Program-made: the position numbers and the translations under genes
Origin: Candidatus Methanoperedens sp.
GTDB taxonomy: Archaea > Halobacteriota > Methanosarcinia > Methanosarcinales > Methanoperedenaceae
Reading direction: 5' to 3'
Assembly: GCA_027460535.1 (NCBI GenBank)
Contig: JAPZAR010000007.1
Location: 90,001-122,000 of the forward strand
Length of the DNA: 32,000 nt
Part shown: piece by piece, positions 21,991-32,000 of the stretch
How positions within the stretch are numbered: position 1 is the first letter of the stretch
Layout of the letters: the number at the start of each line of letters is the position of its first letter
The notes under the pieces: model-generated
The model's database searches: none
The model's input: the letters and a program-made list of their open reading frames with translations, nothing else
Told to the model about the DNA's origin: nothing

Positions 21991-23217
21991 ATGGAATTAC
22001 TCGCGGACATAGGAGGTCGCCCGGGGCATGATTGCCGCGGTTTCTGCAGGTACTGCTATTTCAAGGGGGTTAAAGACCTGCCTGCATTTGGATGCAAGCA
22101 CTGTCCCCCATTCCAGAAAGGTTGCAACTACTGCACGAAAAGCGTAAGAGAAATTTATTCGGGCTTTAAACCTTTAGCCGTGGTTGCACAGGAAGTGAAC
22201 CAGGCAGTTTTTTTTAATAAGAACGTATCAAAATTCAATGTGAGCGGTGGCGGAGATGTGAGCTGTTATCCGGAGCTTAAATCCCTAGTGAAATTCCTCT
22301 CACAGTTTAAAAAACCAATACATCTTGGTTATACAAGCGGGAAAGGGCTTAGTAAGGAAGATGCACTTTTCTTCATAGATCATGGTGTTACCGAGGTAAC
22401 TTTTACAGTTTTCGCAACCGACCCGGAACTTCGCCGAAAATACATGAATGATAAAACAGCCGAAGATTCGCTTGAAGCCCTTCGCACCCTGGCAGGAGGA
22501 TGCGATGTTTATGCTGCTACGGTACTTATTCCGGGAGTGAACGATGGCGCTGTACTTTTAAAAACCTGTTCTGACCTTGGGGTAATGGGGGTCAAAGGTC
22601 TCATATTGATGCGCTTTGCCAATGAACCGGAGCAGGGCTTGATCCTCGGGAACGCCCAGGTAATCGAAGGTGTAGTCCCCCATACTCTTTCTGAGTTCAA
22701 ATCAATCGTGGATGACATTGACAATAAATTCCCGTTCCGTGTCACAGGAACGCCATTGTATGACCCAGAAACCGGCTCACCGTTCGCTATAAGAAATGAC
22801 AAGGCTTCACTTTCAAGGCTCCCGGCTGTGACGAAAGAAGCAACTGTGATAACGGGTGAAGTCGCAGCGCCATTACTTGGGGAAATTTTTGATAAGCTTG
22901 GCGGGCTGGTAAACGTAATCCCCGTGAAAAAAGATATTGGCTGCCTGATCACTATCGAAGATATAAAAGCACTGGATATCGAACAAATAAAGGAAACTGT
23001 TTTCTTCCCGGGCAGGGCTTTCGTCCATGATCCCGAGATCAAGAAAGTACTTACAAGCGATGGAATCGATAGGATTGTTCGCAGGGGTCCGGATATGCTC
23101 ACCGTGGATGGAGAAATGAGCATTTCAATGACGAGGGACGAAGTCCTTGCCAGAGAGTTAGAGGCGTTCACTGAATTTATCCAGATGATAAATGTGCTTG
23201 GAACCGTCCCGAAGTGA
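21991..23217 (+). CDS. mmp10: Radical SAM protein, methanogenesis marker protein 10 (Mmp10)-like
   Basis: 408 aa. The N-terminus [27 protein letters not shown] carries CX3CX2C, followed by a second Cys cluster CKHC...CNYC. Length and N-terminus match my recollection of the Mmp10 family, but the family assignment was not searched. Confidence 0.7.
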   Translation: MELLADIGGRPGHDCRGFCRYCYFKGVKDLPAFGCKHCPPFQKGCNYCTKSVREIYSGFKPLAVVAQEVNQAVFFNKNVSKFNVSGGGDVSCYPELKSLVKFLSQFKKPIHLGYTSGKGLSKEDALFFIDHGVTEVTFTVFATDPELRRKYMNDKTAEDSLEALRTLAGGCDVYAATVLIPGVNDGAVLLKTCSDLGVMGVKGLILMRFANEPEQGLILGNAQVIEGVVPHTLSEFKSIVDDIDNKFPFRVTGTPLYDPETGSPFAIRNDKASLSRLPAVTKEATVITGEVAAPLLGEIFDKLGGLVNVIPVKKDIGCLITIEDIKALDIEQIKETVFFPGRAFVHDPEIKKVLTSDGIDRIVRRGPDMLTVDGEMSISMTRDEVLARELEAFTEFIQMINVLGTVPK

Positions 23218-23250
23218 CATGTCCATCTTCGAAAGATCTTACATACGGTC

Positions 23251-24390
23251 TCATTTGAGATAATTCTCGATCCTGTTCAGCCCTTCTCTGATATTTTCGA
23301 GGCTGTTGGCGTACGAGAACCGAATGTATCCTTCGGCTCCATCCCCAAAGTCGATCCCGGGGGTCACTGCCACTCCCGCATCTTCAAGGATGCATCTGCT
23401 GAACTCAAGGGAATCAGGATTAAAATCGCTTGCATTGGCAAGGACATAATAGGCACCTTTGGGCTCGCTTTTCAGGCCAAAGCCAATATCTATGAGCTTT
23501 TTTAAGATATACTTCCTGCGGTTATCGTACGTGGCGACCATCTCCTTAACATGCTCCTGCGGACCCAGAAGCGCAGCCACACCGGCATGCTGCACGAAGC
23601 TGTTGGCGCAGATGAAGAAGTTCTGCTGTAACTTCTGGAGCGGCCTCATGTACTCAGGCGGGGCGATCATATATCCAAGGCGCCATCCTGTCATGGCATA
23701 CAGCTTGGAGAAGCCGTTCAGGACAAAAGCGTTGGTGGTATGTTCAAGGATGGAGTGGTCTTTGCCTTCATAGATCAAGCCCTGGTATATCTCATCCGAG
23801 ATTATGGGTATGTCGCCTGCTATTTCAGAGATACCTCGCAATACTTCGGAATTCATCACACAACCTGTGGGATTGCATGGTGAGTTAATCAGAATAGCCT
23901 TCGTTTTTCGGGAAATTTCGCTTGCTACTGCCCCGGGTTCCATGTCAAACCCTTTATCTTCATGCGTATATGCGAAGACTGGTTTTCCCCCCAGATATTC
24001 CACGAAGTTGGGGTAGCAGGCGTAATAGGGGTTGGACATCACAACTTCATCGCCTTGCTCCAGAAGGCCCATGAAGAGCAGGAGCAGTGCCGGGCTTGTT
24101 CCTGACGTGATGATCACCTGCCCGGGGTTTAGATCGAGGTCGAACTTCTGGTTGTAATGATCCGTTACTGCTTCCCGCAACTGCGGCAGGCCCAAGCTGT
24201 GTGTATATTTTGTTTCACCGGCTTTCAGTGCATCTATCGCAGCTTCGCAGATATGTGGTGCTGTAGGGAAATCGGGTTCGCCGATCTCAAGATGTATTAT
24301 GTTCTTACCTGCGTATTCAAGTTCCTGAGCTCGTTCGAGGACTTCCATCACATGGAAAGGTGGAAGGTTTTGGGATTTCTTAGAGAACAT
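23251..24390 (-). CDS. PLP-dependent aminotransferase, class I (AspC family)
   Basis: 379 aa. Contains NSPCNPTG and NGFSKLYAMTGWRLGY, which includes the PLP-binding lysine. Confidence 0.9.
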   Translation of the reverse strand: MFSKKSQNLPPFHVMEVLERAQELEYAGKNIIHLEIGEPDFPTAPHICEAAIDALKAGETKYTHSLGLPQLREAVTDHYNQKFDLDLNPGQVIITSGTSPALLLLFMGLLEQGDEVVMSNPYYACYPNFVEYLGGKPVFAYTHEDKGFDMEPGAVASEISRKTKAILINSPCNPTGCVMNSEVLRGISEIAGDIPIISDEIYQGLIYEGKDHSILEHTTNAFVLNGFSKLYAMTGWRLGYMIAPPEYMRPLQKLQQNFFICANSFVQHAGVAALLGPQEHVKEMVATYDNRRKYILKKLIDIGFGLKSEPKGAYYVLANASDFNPDSLEFSRCILEDAGVAVTPGIDFGDGAEGYIRFSYANSLENIREGLNRIENYLK

Positions 24391-24510
24391 ACTTTCTGCG
24401 GTCTAGAGTATCATAGTTCACATAAACTATTGGAAAAGTGTCCATGAAAATATTGTTGAGTTAAAACGCAGTCCAGGATCAGGAATGAGCAGTGAATATT
24501 TTCGAAGACA

Positions 24511-24864
24511 TTAGGCCACACATTCCCCGATGATTTTTGTGGCACGAAGAGTTTCAAGCGAAGTGAGCTGTTGATTTGCCTCTGCTTCCGTAATTGTCAC
24601 AAGTACGGTTGATCTTGAGGAAGGAGCTATGAGGATCCTGTTTTTCCTGAAATAAAAGATCGACTCCTTCAATCCTTCCCGGTTCATCTCTTCAAGCACA
24701 TCTCTGATATGTTTCTCCAGCCAGAACATGGTCGCCAAAAGATGCTCTCTGTATCCGGGGGTCCTGAGAGTTATTGGCACTCCATCTATCCTGTAGAGAA
24801 TACATGCCTCTACCCCTTCGATTTCATAAAGCTCATCGAGGGTCTCCTCAAGTCCTTTTGCCAT
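24511..24864 (-). CDS. Roadblock/LC7 (MglB-like) domain protein
   Basis: Contains LEETLDELYEIEGVEACILYRIDGVPI...ILIAPSSRSTVLVTITEAEAN. The start is ambiguous (TTG 24891, ATG 24882 or ATG 24864). Every option overlaps the 3' end of the upstream ATPase gene. Confidence 0.75.
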   Translation of the reverse strand: MAKGLEETLDELYEIEGVEACILYRIDGVPITLRTPGYREHLLATMFWLEKHIRDVLEEMNREGLKESIFYFRKNRILIAPSSRSTVLVTITEAEANQQLTSLETLRATKIIGECVA

Positions 24865-25741
24865 GCCCCTTCTTCTCTTCATTAATAACAAGTTTGAGGA
24901 TCTGTGATGGGTCTTCTTCCCGCGTCCAATTTTTCTTTAAAGTTTCAATCCTTGATGACAGGATTTTCCCTAAATTACCCATGGATTTTGTTTCTTTTAT
25001 AAACTCTTTAAATTCGGCATCGAATTTGTTTTTCGGCTTTATTCGATATATCTGTTTTTCCGACGCCTGAATTACAATACCAAGCCCGGTCTCTATAGAA
25101 TACGGATATAGTCCGTCGCCGTGCTTGGAACCCCTGTGTTTCATTATCCTCAATGTCCTGTCATACATTTCGCCGAAACCCAGGTTTTGAAGGTATATTA
25201 CCGTATCGGCTAAATACAGAGGCATTGCTGAACCTTCGGGTATGTGATTTCCATCCACGGGTTCTTCAAGGACGATCACGGCGGTTCCGAGCCTGCGTAA
25301 TTCCTGGAAAATGGTACTAAGGGATTTTCTTTTCTCCTTTTCTGAATAGAATGTTGGGTAGGTCAGCGGATCTACCACAATTTTCATATTGTCGCAGGCC
25401 ATTGAATTCTGGACCATTTCTGTAAAGTCAAGAGAAGGGAAGGTGAGGTCCTCTCCGAATACATGAATAATCTTCAAATTCCCATTTTTGATATGATCCT
25501 CGATTTCCCCCCATCCCATATCGATGGAATCGCGTATTATTTGTTCCTGTGACATCTCAAAAGAAACATAAATTACCTTTTCACCTCGATTAAGACCGAA
25601 AAGGGAATATTGCAGAGCGAAGGTTGTTTTTCCAACACCTGTGCCTCCCCGGATTATATTGATGGTGTTCTTTCGAAAACCTCCTCCTATGAGATCATCA
25701 AGACCATAAATGCCTGTGGGGACTCGACCCGGTTTTGCCAT
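24848..25741 (-). CDS. KaiC-like / RecA-superfamily ATPase (single domain) with a roughly 60-aa C-terminal extension
   Basis: 297 aa. Contains VPTGIYGLDDLIGGGF, the Walker A motif GGTGVGKTTFALQ, and LRIMKHRGSKH. Confidence 0.85.
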   Translation of the reverse strand: MAKPGRVPTGIYGLDDLIGGGFRKNTINIIRGGTGVGKTTFALQYSLFGLNRGEKVIYVSFEMSQEQIIRDSIDMGWGEIEDHIKNGNLKIIHVFGEDLTFPSLDFTEMVQNSMACDNMKIVVDPLTYPTFYSEKEKRKSLSTIFQELRRLGTAVIVLEEPVDGNHIPEGSAMPLYLADTVIYLQNLGFGEMYDRTLRIMKHRGSKHGDGLYPYSIETGLGIVIQASEKQIYRIKPKNKFDAEFKEFIKETKSMGNLGKILSSRIETLKKNWTREEDPSQILKLVINEEKKGHGKRT

Positions 25742-25840
25742 TGCTTCAACCCAAGGACTATATGTTTTGTACCTTATTTATAGTTTTGCAAAAATAACTG
25801 GAATTTTAAGTAAATAAAGAAGTTCCGATAGCAGGTATGA

Positions 25841-26074
25841 TTATTTCTCCTGCGTGCTTTCCCCCTGTAACTCTAATGGCTCTATCCCCAGTTCATCGTT
25901 TTCTTCTATTAATTTCTCGACTTTCTGCCGGGCGTTTGTCAGCAATGTATTGCATTCCTTGACAAGCTTTATTCCATTCTCAAAGATCAACAGGCTTTCA
26001 TCAAGGGAAAGCTGGCCATTTTCAAGTTTTTCCACTATGTTCTCAAGTTCCAGAAGTTTCTCTTCAAAACTCAT
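25841..26074 (-). CDS. xseB: Exodeoxyribonuclease VII small subunit
   Basis: Begins MSFEEKLLELENIVEKLENGQLSLDESLLIFENGIKLVKEC. The ATG at 26074 overlaps the xseA stop in an ATGA; the longest ORF would start at 26086. Confidence 0.85.
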   Translation of the reverse strand: MSFEEKLLELENIVEKLENGQLSLDESLLIFENGIKLVKECNTLLTNARQKVEKLIEENDELGIEPLELQGESTQEK

Positions 26075-27288
26075 TTCCATTTGCATACCTCTTTGTCATC
26101 TACATTGCATTTAATTTTTCCATCATTTACGATAATCTGGAGTTCGTCCATTTTTTGCACATCATCGATACTCCTGACCAGAGACTTATCCGGGAGCCTC
26201 AATGTTATGCTGTACCCCCTTGAGAGTGTATTGAGCGGACTAACCGCATCAAGTTTACCGGCATAGGCATTGAATAAGGATTTTTTAATTTCCAGTATCC
26301 TCTTGATATCTATGATCTGTTGCCGGGTTAATTTATCGATACACTGCTCATGATCTGCAATGCATTCAAGGAATGCATGCGGATCGACGCTTTTTGTTAA
26401 TTCCAGAACATGGGATATCTTATCACCAATATTGTTTCTCTGGCATTTGATCAACCTTTCATTCAGTCTGAAAATCGTGTTGAACAGCTCCAACCGGTCA
26501 GGAACCACGATCTCTGCAGCAGCAGATGGCGTCGGGGCACGCGCATCCGCCACAAAATCGGCAATTGTGTAATCGGTCTCATGCCCCACGGCCGATATTA
26601 TGGGTATTCTTGAATTGAATATTGCCCTCGCCACTATTTCCTCATTGAAGGCCCAGAGATCTTCTATCGAACCACCCCCCCTTCCCAATACAATAACGTC
26701 CACATCAGTCCTGTTCAGCATGGAAATCGATCTAACGATGCTGTGCGCAGCATATTCTCCCTGCACGATCGTAGGCACAAATAATATGTTCAAGGGGTAC
26801 CGGCGATTTACAACGGTCAGGATGTCATGAAGGACCGCACCTGTGGGGGATGTCGCCACACCTATCTTTTTCGGGAATTTAGGCAGAGTTTTTTTATGCT
26901 CAGGAGAGAACAGCCCTTCCATCGCCAGTTTGTTCTTTAACATTTCATAGGCTTTATAAAGCTCTCCGATACCATCGGGCCGCATCGCTCTTGCTTTCAA
27001 CTGGTACTGACCTTTCTGTTCATATACGTCCAGATCCCCCAGGACGATCACCTTCATTCCATGCTGAGGTTCGAACCTCAGGTTTTGACCATGCCATTTG
27101 AACATGACGCACTGCAATGAGCTATTTTTGTCCTTCAGGGTAAAATAGCGATGGCCTGAACTGTGATTCTTAAAATTCGATACCTCTCCTCGCAGCCAGA
27201 CATCATTGAATTTACCGTCTGTAAGGATGCTTTTTATTGCCAGTGTGAATTCATGGACTGTATAGATGCCCTTCTCTTGAAAAGACAT
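26071..27288 (-). CDS. xseA: Exodeoxyribonuclease VII large subunit
   Basis: An N-terminal OB fold (VWLRGEVSNFKNHSSGHRYFTLKD) and a catalytic core (GRGGGSIEDLWAFNEE, SAVGHETD) are present. The track start is TTG at 27306; the likely start is ATG at 27288 (MSFQEKGIYTV). Confidence 0.9.
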   Translation of the reverse strand: MSFQEKGIYTVHEFTLAIKSILTDGKFNDVWLRGEVSNFKNHSSGHRYFTLKDKNSSLQCVMFKWHGQNLRFEPQHGMKVIVLGDLDVYEQKGQYQLKARAMRPDGIGELYKAYEMLKNKLAMEGLFSPEHKKTLPKFPKKIGVATSPTGAVLHDILTVVNRRYPLNILFVPTIVQGEYAAHSIVRSISMLNRTDVDVIVLGRGGGSIEDLWAFNEEIVARAIFNSRIPIISAVGHETDYTIADFVADARAPTPSAAAEIVVPDRLELFNTIFRLNERLIKCQRNNIGDKISHVLELTKSVDPHAFLECIADHEQCIDKLTRQQIIDIKRILEIKKSLFNAYAGKLDAVSPLNTLSRGYSITLRLPDKSLVRSIDDVQKMDELQIIVNDGKIKCNVDDKEVCKWK

Positions 27289-27351
27289 AGTCGTTAATTC
27301 TATCAAGGCTGTATTTGACTTGCGGTAGCAGAGTGAAACTAATATTTCAGA

Positions 27352-27810
27352 TCAAGAGAGATAATTGTCCAGCGACAGGATTCCTTCAATCTGTTCTTTA
27401 TTGATCATAGCTTCGGAAAGAATGCCTTCCCTCACATGAATGGGTGCTCCGCAGCGAAGTGCTATGGCTATGCAGTCACTCGGTCTTGCGTCCAGTTCAA
27501 ACTGTTTTCCATCCATCGAAACAGACATCCTTGCATAGTAAATCCCTTCATTCAATTCATCAATCAATATATCATCGACCTTCGAGCTTGTTCGATCAAG
27601 CAGCGAAATAAAGAGGTCATGTGTCATCGGTCTTGGCGGTATTTCGTGATTTATGGCAGCATTTATTGATATCGCTTCAGATAATCCGATGTATATCGGC
27701 ATTATATTTTTGAGGTCATCCTCAAGAAGGACAAGTGGTATGGGTCCTCCGGGTTTTTCTATCAAATATACCCCTTTTATAGTAACCGGCAAAATCGTTC
27801 CATTCATCAT
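27352..27810 (-). CDS. Bifunctional nuclease (BFN/DUF151) family protein
   Basis: 152 aa. Contains PIYIGLSEAISINAAINHEIPPRPMTHDLF, the family signature, followed by ARPSDCIAIALR. Confidence 0.85.
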   Translation of the reverse strand: MMNGTILPVTIKGVYLIEKPGGPIPLVLLEDDLKNIMPIYIGLSEAISINAAINHEIPPRPMTHDLFISLLDRTSSKVDDILIDELNEGIYYARMSVSMDGKQFELDARPSDCIAIALRCGAPIHVREGILSEAMINKEQIEGILSLDNYLS

Positions 27811-27886
27811 AGTATTATTAATAAGTGGGATAATAAGGTTTCCTGTAATCTATAAAAAAACTTAATATAGAATAAAATAATTAAGC

Positions 27887-28138
27887 ATGGGTGATATAAT
27901 GTCCTCAGCGAATAATATATTAAAGATGTTGATAGGAATAGTTGTGTTGATCGTGGGTATTGTCTGGTATACAGGAGTCTCTGGATATCTTGGATATTGG
28001 GTTGAGCTTCTTAGCTTGTTGAAAGCAACTATCGGACTTTTCCTTGTATTCATAGGATTGATCGTTGCCTGGATGGGGTATGACGATTATAAGATGGATG
28101 CAGAGATGGCAAAAGAGGAAAAAAAGGAAACTACTTGA
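27887..28138 (+). CDS. Small membrane protein (two predicted TM helices), function unknown
   Basis: 83 aa. Two hydrophobic segments, LIGIVVLIVGIVWY and IGLFLVFIGLIVAWMGY, are followed by a charged tail. The antisense ORFs here look spurious. Confidence 0.55.
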   Translation: MGDIMSSANNILKMLIGIVVLIVGIVWYTGVSGYLGYWVELLSLLKATIGLFLVFIGLIVAWMGYDDYKMDAEMAKEEKKETT

Positions 28139-28187
28139 ATTAAGCAAAGTGGTAAAGGTGGGACAGGGACCGTATTTCTAATCCGGA

Positions 28188-28844
28188 TCAAAAATCAGAG
28201 AATTTTCTCTGATTCTTATCAAATTTCTCAACTATTCTTTTTGAAGTTTCCCATGAACTTCGGGCAAAATCCGGAAGCGAACCGTGTTCCTGTACCCACT
28301 CTTCAAGGAACTTAATTGTTATCGGATCCGACGGGTACCCGCTTCCTATCTCAACACCCCTTGTTTTTTCTATTTGTTTTACCAACGCGTCCCTTTGCAC
28401 TTTTGCAATTATGGATGCTGCTGAAACAATCGGGTATTTTTCGTCTGCCCTGTGTTCAGAGGTGATTTCTATCGTTCTGGAATATCTTTTTCTGATATTC
28501 TTGCCAAAACGTTCTGCAATTACATCCGCAGCATCCACAAAAGCATGATCGGGTTTCAGGTTATCAAGAATTCTGGCATAGCATGCGACCATTATTTCAT
28601 TCATGGTCATTATTTTTCGAAGCTCATCTATCTGTATTGGGCTGACCTCAAGTATAAAATATCTATGCGCGAGCTTTTTGATCTCGATTTCAAGATTCTC
28701 CCTCTTTTCAGGTGTCAATTGCTTTGAATCCCTCACTCCTATCTTGGCAAGTGCATCAAGTTTGTTCTCATCCATTAAAACACCTGCCACACACATAGGA
28801 CCCAGTACCGGCCCTTTTCCAGCCTCGTCTATTCCAGCAATCAT
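28188..28844 (-). CDS. rnhB: Ribonuclease HII
   Basis: 218 aa. Contains MIAGIDEAGKGPVLGPMCVAG and ASIIAKVQRD. Confidence 0.95.
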   Translation of the reverse strand: MIAGIDEAGKGPVLGPMCVAGVLMDENKLDALAKIGVRDSKQLTPEKRENLEIEIKKLAHRYFILEVSPIQIDELRKIMTMNEIMVACYARILDNLKPDHAFVDAADVIAERFGKNIRKRYSRTIEITSEHRADEKYPIVSAASIIAKVQRDALVKQIEKTRGVEIGSGYPSDPITIKFLEEWVQEHGSLPDFARSSWETSKRIVEKFDKNQRKFSDF

Positions 28845-28855
28845 TAAGTCATTAT

Positions 28856-29383
28856 CTACAGCACTTTATCCGAACTTATAATCTCCGTGTCATAGATCTT
28901 TTTCATGTACTTAAGGGCATATTCATGGGTACCTTCATCTATCGAAGCAGTACAATCGGGGGGCACGATCGTTTTGTATCCAGAAAAATAAGCTAAAGCA
29001 ACATCATTCTGGATGCAGATATCCGTACTCACGCCCGTAAAAATCACAGTATCTATTCCCATTTTTTTCAAGATATCCGGTAAATCAGTATTCGCAAAAC
29101 CGCCATACCATCTCTTTTCGATCACAATATCGTTTTTTTCAGGTCTGAGTTCAGGTATTATCTCTGAGCCTTCCGTACCTTTCATGGCATGTTCTCCCCA
29201 GATTTTCATCTCTCTGTCTGTCGGGGTGTGGGAATCGCGCAGGTATATAATTGGAATGCCCTGTTGTCTTGCCTTTTTCAATAAATTTGCGATGTTTGGC
29301 ACGATTTTCCGGGCTCGAACGCTCCCCAGTTTTCCTGTTACGAAATCATGTAACATATCCGCAACGATAATCGCTTTTTGCAT
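28856..29383 (-). CDS. Isochorismatase-family cysteine hydrolase (nicotinamidase-like)
   Basis: 175 aa. Contains AIIVADMLHDFV and GVSTDICIQ (catalytic Cys context). Confidence 0.85.
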   Translation of the reverse strand: MQKAIIVADMLHDFVTGKLGSVRARKIVPNIANLLKKARQQGIPIIYLRDSHTPTDREMKIWGEHAMKGTEGSEIIPELRPEKNDIVIEKRWYGGFANTDLPDILKKMGIDTVIFTGVSTDICIQNDVALAYFSGYKTIVPPDCTASIDEGTHEYALKYMKKIYDTEIISSDKVL

Positions 29384-29610
29384 AAAACTACCCGGTTGAT
29401 TTTCTGCGTGCGTTCACTTAAGTCTTTGGGTTGTAAAATATAATGGACGATAATGATAAATACAAAAACGTTAAATACATTGATGCGAATAGGATTAAAC
29501 CCTCACTGGAGTGAAAGAAGACTTCAAACAGCACCGTTATAGCATAATATTATGAGAAGTAGCAGGGTACGAAAGTCCAGCAAACCACACACAACCATCG
29601 GAGATAATAA

Positions 29611-31983
29611 ATGATAGTCAAAAAAGGAAGTTTTGTAATAGAAGAATTAGAGAACGTCCAGATAAATATTGGAAAGGTTAGCGAAGGGCAGGAGCAGGTT
29701 GCCGAAGGACCTACGCCGAGGCCAGAGATTATTGCCCTCAGGAACTGGGACTACCGCATCCTTGACAGATATAATCCTGTTTACACTCCCACGAGCGATA
29801 TGTGCGATTATTGCACATACGGAAAATGCGACCTCACTGGCAACAAGGAGGGGGCATGCGGCATCGACCTAGAAGGACAGTCAGCAAGACAGGCCCTGAT
29901 GACGAGTATAATGGGAGCGGCATGCCATACAGCCCACGGACGCCATCTTTTGCATTACCTGATCAAGAAATACGGGGAAGACCACCCCATAGATGTGGGA
30001 CCGAGCAACCTGAAAGCCCCCCTCACCGAAACCATAATGGGGCTTGCGCCCACGACGATAGGCGATTTCCTTCCGGTACTTGATTACGTGGAGGAGCAGC
30101 TGACGCAGCTCATAGCGGCTGCCAATACAGGGCAGGAAGGCTCTGCACGTGATTTTGAATCCAAAGCGCTCCACGCTGGAATGCTTGATCTTCTGGGAAT
30201 GGAAGTGGCGGATATAATCCAGATATCATGTATGGGACTTCCGAAATCTGATGAGAATACATCTCTGGCAGAAGTGGGAATGGGAATCCTTGACCCTAAA
30301 AAACCGGTGGTAATATGCGTGGGACATAATATTGCGGCACCTGCATACATCCTTGATTATATGGACCGGAATGGACAATTCGATAAAATTGAGATAGCGG
30401 GATTGTGCTGTACTGCTCATGACATGGCCCGTTATAACAGGGCTTCAAAAATAATTGGTTCCATGAGCAAGGAACTGAAATATATCAGGTCGGGAATACC
30501 CGATGTACTGGTTACCGATGAGCAGTGCGTTAGAGCCGATATACTGAAGGAAGCACAGAAACTTCATATTCCTGTAATTGCCACTAACGAAAAAATCACA
30601 TACGGACTACCTGATAGGTCAAATGACAGTGTGGATGCCATCATAGATGACCTGGTGAGTGGAAAACAGGCAGGTGTACTGCTTCTTGATTTTGAAAAAA
30701 TCGGGGAACTTGTCCCTAAACTTGCAATGAAGATAGGACCGATCAGGAAAGCCAAAGGGTTGACAGCGCTTCCCGATGACGAAGAATTCAGGAAACTCGT
30801 ATCAAAATGTACCAAATGTCTCCAGTGCACGCGGGATTGCCCGCAGAGCCTTCCAATTGCAGAAGCGATGACAGCTGCAGTTAATGGGGACCTCTCACCA
30901 TTTGAAGTGCTCCATGACAAATGCGTGGGCTGCGGAAGATGCGATTACAGCTGCCCTGTTGACATACCAGTGCTGAACGTCATCGAGAAGGCGGCCCAGC
31001 GAGTGATAAGAGAAGAAAAAGGCAAGGTAAGGATCGGAAGAGGACAGATAGGCGATCCTGAGATACGCGAGGAGGGAAGGAACCTTGTGCTCGGCACCAC
31101 ACCAGGAGTGCTCGCCTTCGTGGGATGCGGAAATTACCCCGACGGCACGAAGGATGTTTACGATGTTGTTGAAGAAATGATCCAGCGCAGTTATATAATA
31201 ATTTCTTCAGGATGCTCTGCAATGGACATTGGGATGTACAAGGATAAGGAAGGTAAGACCCTCTATGAGCGCTACCCTGGAAGGTTTATCAAAGGAAATC
31301 TCTTGAACACAGGTTCGTGCGTCTCAAATGCCCATATAGCTGCCACCACTATAAAAGTAGCGTCAATATTCGCCGGGCGAAAGACGAAAGGAAACTGGGA
31401 AGAGATCGCGGATTATGTGCTCAACAGGGTTGGAGCAGTAGGAATAGCCTGGGGCGCGTACTCCCAGAAAGCATTTGCCATCGGAACAGGTTGCAACAGG
31501 CTTGGCATTCCCGTGGTTGTGGGACCGCACGGGACAAAATACAGGCGCGCTTTTATCGGCAAGCCTTACAGGAAAGACAACTGGAATGTACTGGATGGGA
31601 GAGATGGCTCGGTTGTCAATGTCGAACCTGCACCTGAGCACCTGATGATAACAGCTGAAACTAAAGATGAGCTCATGCCCCTTCTTGCGAAACTCTGTTT
31701 CAGGCCAAGCGATAACAGCCTGGGAAGAGCCATCAAGCTCACACATTATATCGAACTCAGTGAAAAGTACCTGAAAATGATGCCTGATGACTGGCATATC
31801 TATGTCCGAAATGAGGCTGACCTTCCTGTGGCTAAGAGAGAACAGCTCCTGAAACTGCTTGAGGAGAAAGGATGGAAGATCGACTGGGAGAAAAAGAAAA
31901 TTACTGAAGGACCACTTCGTAAAGTGGATGTCTCGTTCCAGCCCACCAATGTCCCGCGCCTCTGCAAGGAGGTTAAGAAATGA
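29611..31983 (+). CDS. cdhA: Acetyl-CoA decarbonylase/synthase complex subunit alpha (CODH catalytic subunit)
   Basis: 790 aa. An N-terminal Cys cluster ([11 protein letters not shown]...GACGID) and two ferredoxin-type motifs ([12 protein letters not shown] and [12 protein letters not shown]) are present. Length and layout are typical of CdhA. Confidence 0.95.
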   Translation: MIVKKGSFVIEELENVQINIGKVSEGQEQVAEGPTPRPEIIALRNWDYRILDRYNPVYTPTSDMCDYCTYGKCDLTGNKEGACGIDLEGQSARQALMTSIMGAACHTAHGRHLLHYLIKKYGEDHPIDVGPSNLKAPLTETIMGLAPTTIGDFLPVLDYVEEQLTQLIAAANTGQEGSARDFESKALHAGMLDLLGMEVADIIQISCMGLPKSDENTSLAEVGMGILDPKKPVVICVGHNIAAPAYILDYMDRNGQFDKIEIAGLCCTAHDMARYNRASKIIGSMSKELKYIRSGIPDVLVTDEQCVRADILKEAQKLHIPVIATNEKITYGLPDRSNDSVDAIIDDLVSGKQAGVLLLDFEKIGELVPKLAMKIGPIRKAKGLTALPDDEEFRKLVSKCTKCLQCTRDCPQSLPIAEAMTAAVNGDLSPFEVLHDKCVGCGRCDYSCPVDIPVLNVIEKAAQRVIREEKGKVRIGRGQIGDPEIREEGRNLVLGTTPGVLAFVGCGNYPDGTKDVYDVVEEMIQRSYIIISSGCSAMDIGMYKDKEGKTLYERYPGRFIKGNLLNTGSCVSNAHIAATTIKVASIFAGRKTKGNWEEIADYVLNRVGAVGIAWGAYSQKAFAIGTGCNRLGIPVVVGPHGTKYRRAFIGKPYRKDNWNVLDGRDGSVVNVEPAPEHLMITAETKDELMPLLAKLCFRPSDNSLGRAIKLTHYIELSEKYLKMMPDDWHIYVRNEADLPVAKREQLLKLLEEKGWKIDWEKKKITEGPLRKVDVSFQPTNVPRLCKEVKK

Positions 31984-32000
31984 CCGCGAAGACACACGTA
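31980..32000 (+). CDS. cdhB: Start of the next cdh gene (probably the epsilon subunit), truncated by the window end
   Basis: The ATG at 31980 overlaps the cdhA stop in an ATGA, with AAGGAGG 8 nt upstream. Only 7 codons (MTAKTHV) are visible. Confidence 0.45.

Noticed and set aside
21484-22031. Plus-strand ORFs 21484-21852 and 21813-22031
   Set aside because: The first is antisense to the RBS-supported small gene and spans the att-like repeat. The second lies in the AT-rich divergent promoter spacer. Both give low-complexity translations.
22509-23171. 220-aa minus-strand ORF inside the Mmp10-like gene
   Set aside because: It is antisense to a gene with a clear radical SAM motif, and its S/T/I-rich translation marks it as a shadow ORF.
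29669-31997. Alternative-frame and antisense ORFs within cdhA (for example 31363-31995, 210 aa)
   Set aside because: cdhA is uninterrupted and carries its diagnostic Cys clusters. The alternative ORFs lack motifs.

Overview
Archaeal chromosomal segment, most consistent with a Methanosarcinales-type methanogen or ANME (cdhA, an Mmp10-like radical SAM gene, archaeal ribosomal proteins, aIF5B, an intron-containing tRNA). Core content: the rpl7ae-rps28e-rpl24e-ndk-infB operon on the minus strand; trpD followed by overlapping trpF-trpE-trpG on the plus strand; tRNA-Glu(UUC) with a 33-nt intron; an aminotransferase; a KaiC-like ATPase overlapping a Roadblock/LC7 gene; a bifunctional-nuclease (DUF151) gene followed by xseA-xseB; rnhB; an isochorismatase-family hydrolase; cdhA and the first codons of cdhB. 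The left edge holds a decayed HEPN gene, an MNT nucleotidyltransferase, and an HD phosphohydrolase with a YwgA-like C-terminal domain. The most interesting region is a block of about 9.7 kb (11.9-21.6 kb) that looks AT-richer. It is bounded by a 17-nt direct repeat of the tRNA-Glu 3' end (16/17 identical), which is attL/attR-like geometry. It carries five translationally coupled pilin-like genes, a roughly 1560-aa secreted adhesin in which one vWA domain appears nested inside another (plus a CUB-like insert), a divergent DUF1628-type pilin, and decayed gene remnants, but no pilus ATPase, platform protein or prepilin peptidase. Other signals: two tandem promoter-plus-hairpin units with compensatory stem changes and an identical C-rich loop (candidate sRNAs); TGTACA (TRP-box-like) repeats on the trpD promoter; and a GC-rich cluster of perfect hairpins separating trpD from trpFEG. 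I saw no rRNA, CRISPR array, or intact transposase or integrase. All functional calls come from motif recognition by eye, with no database search or folding run.
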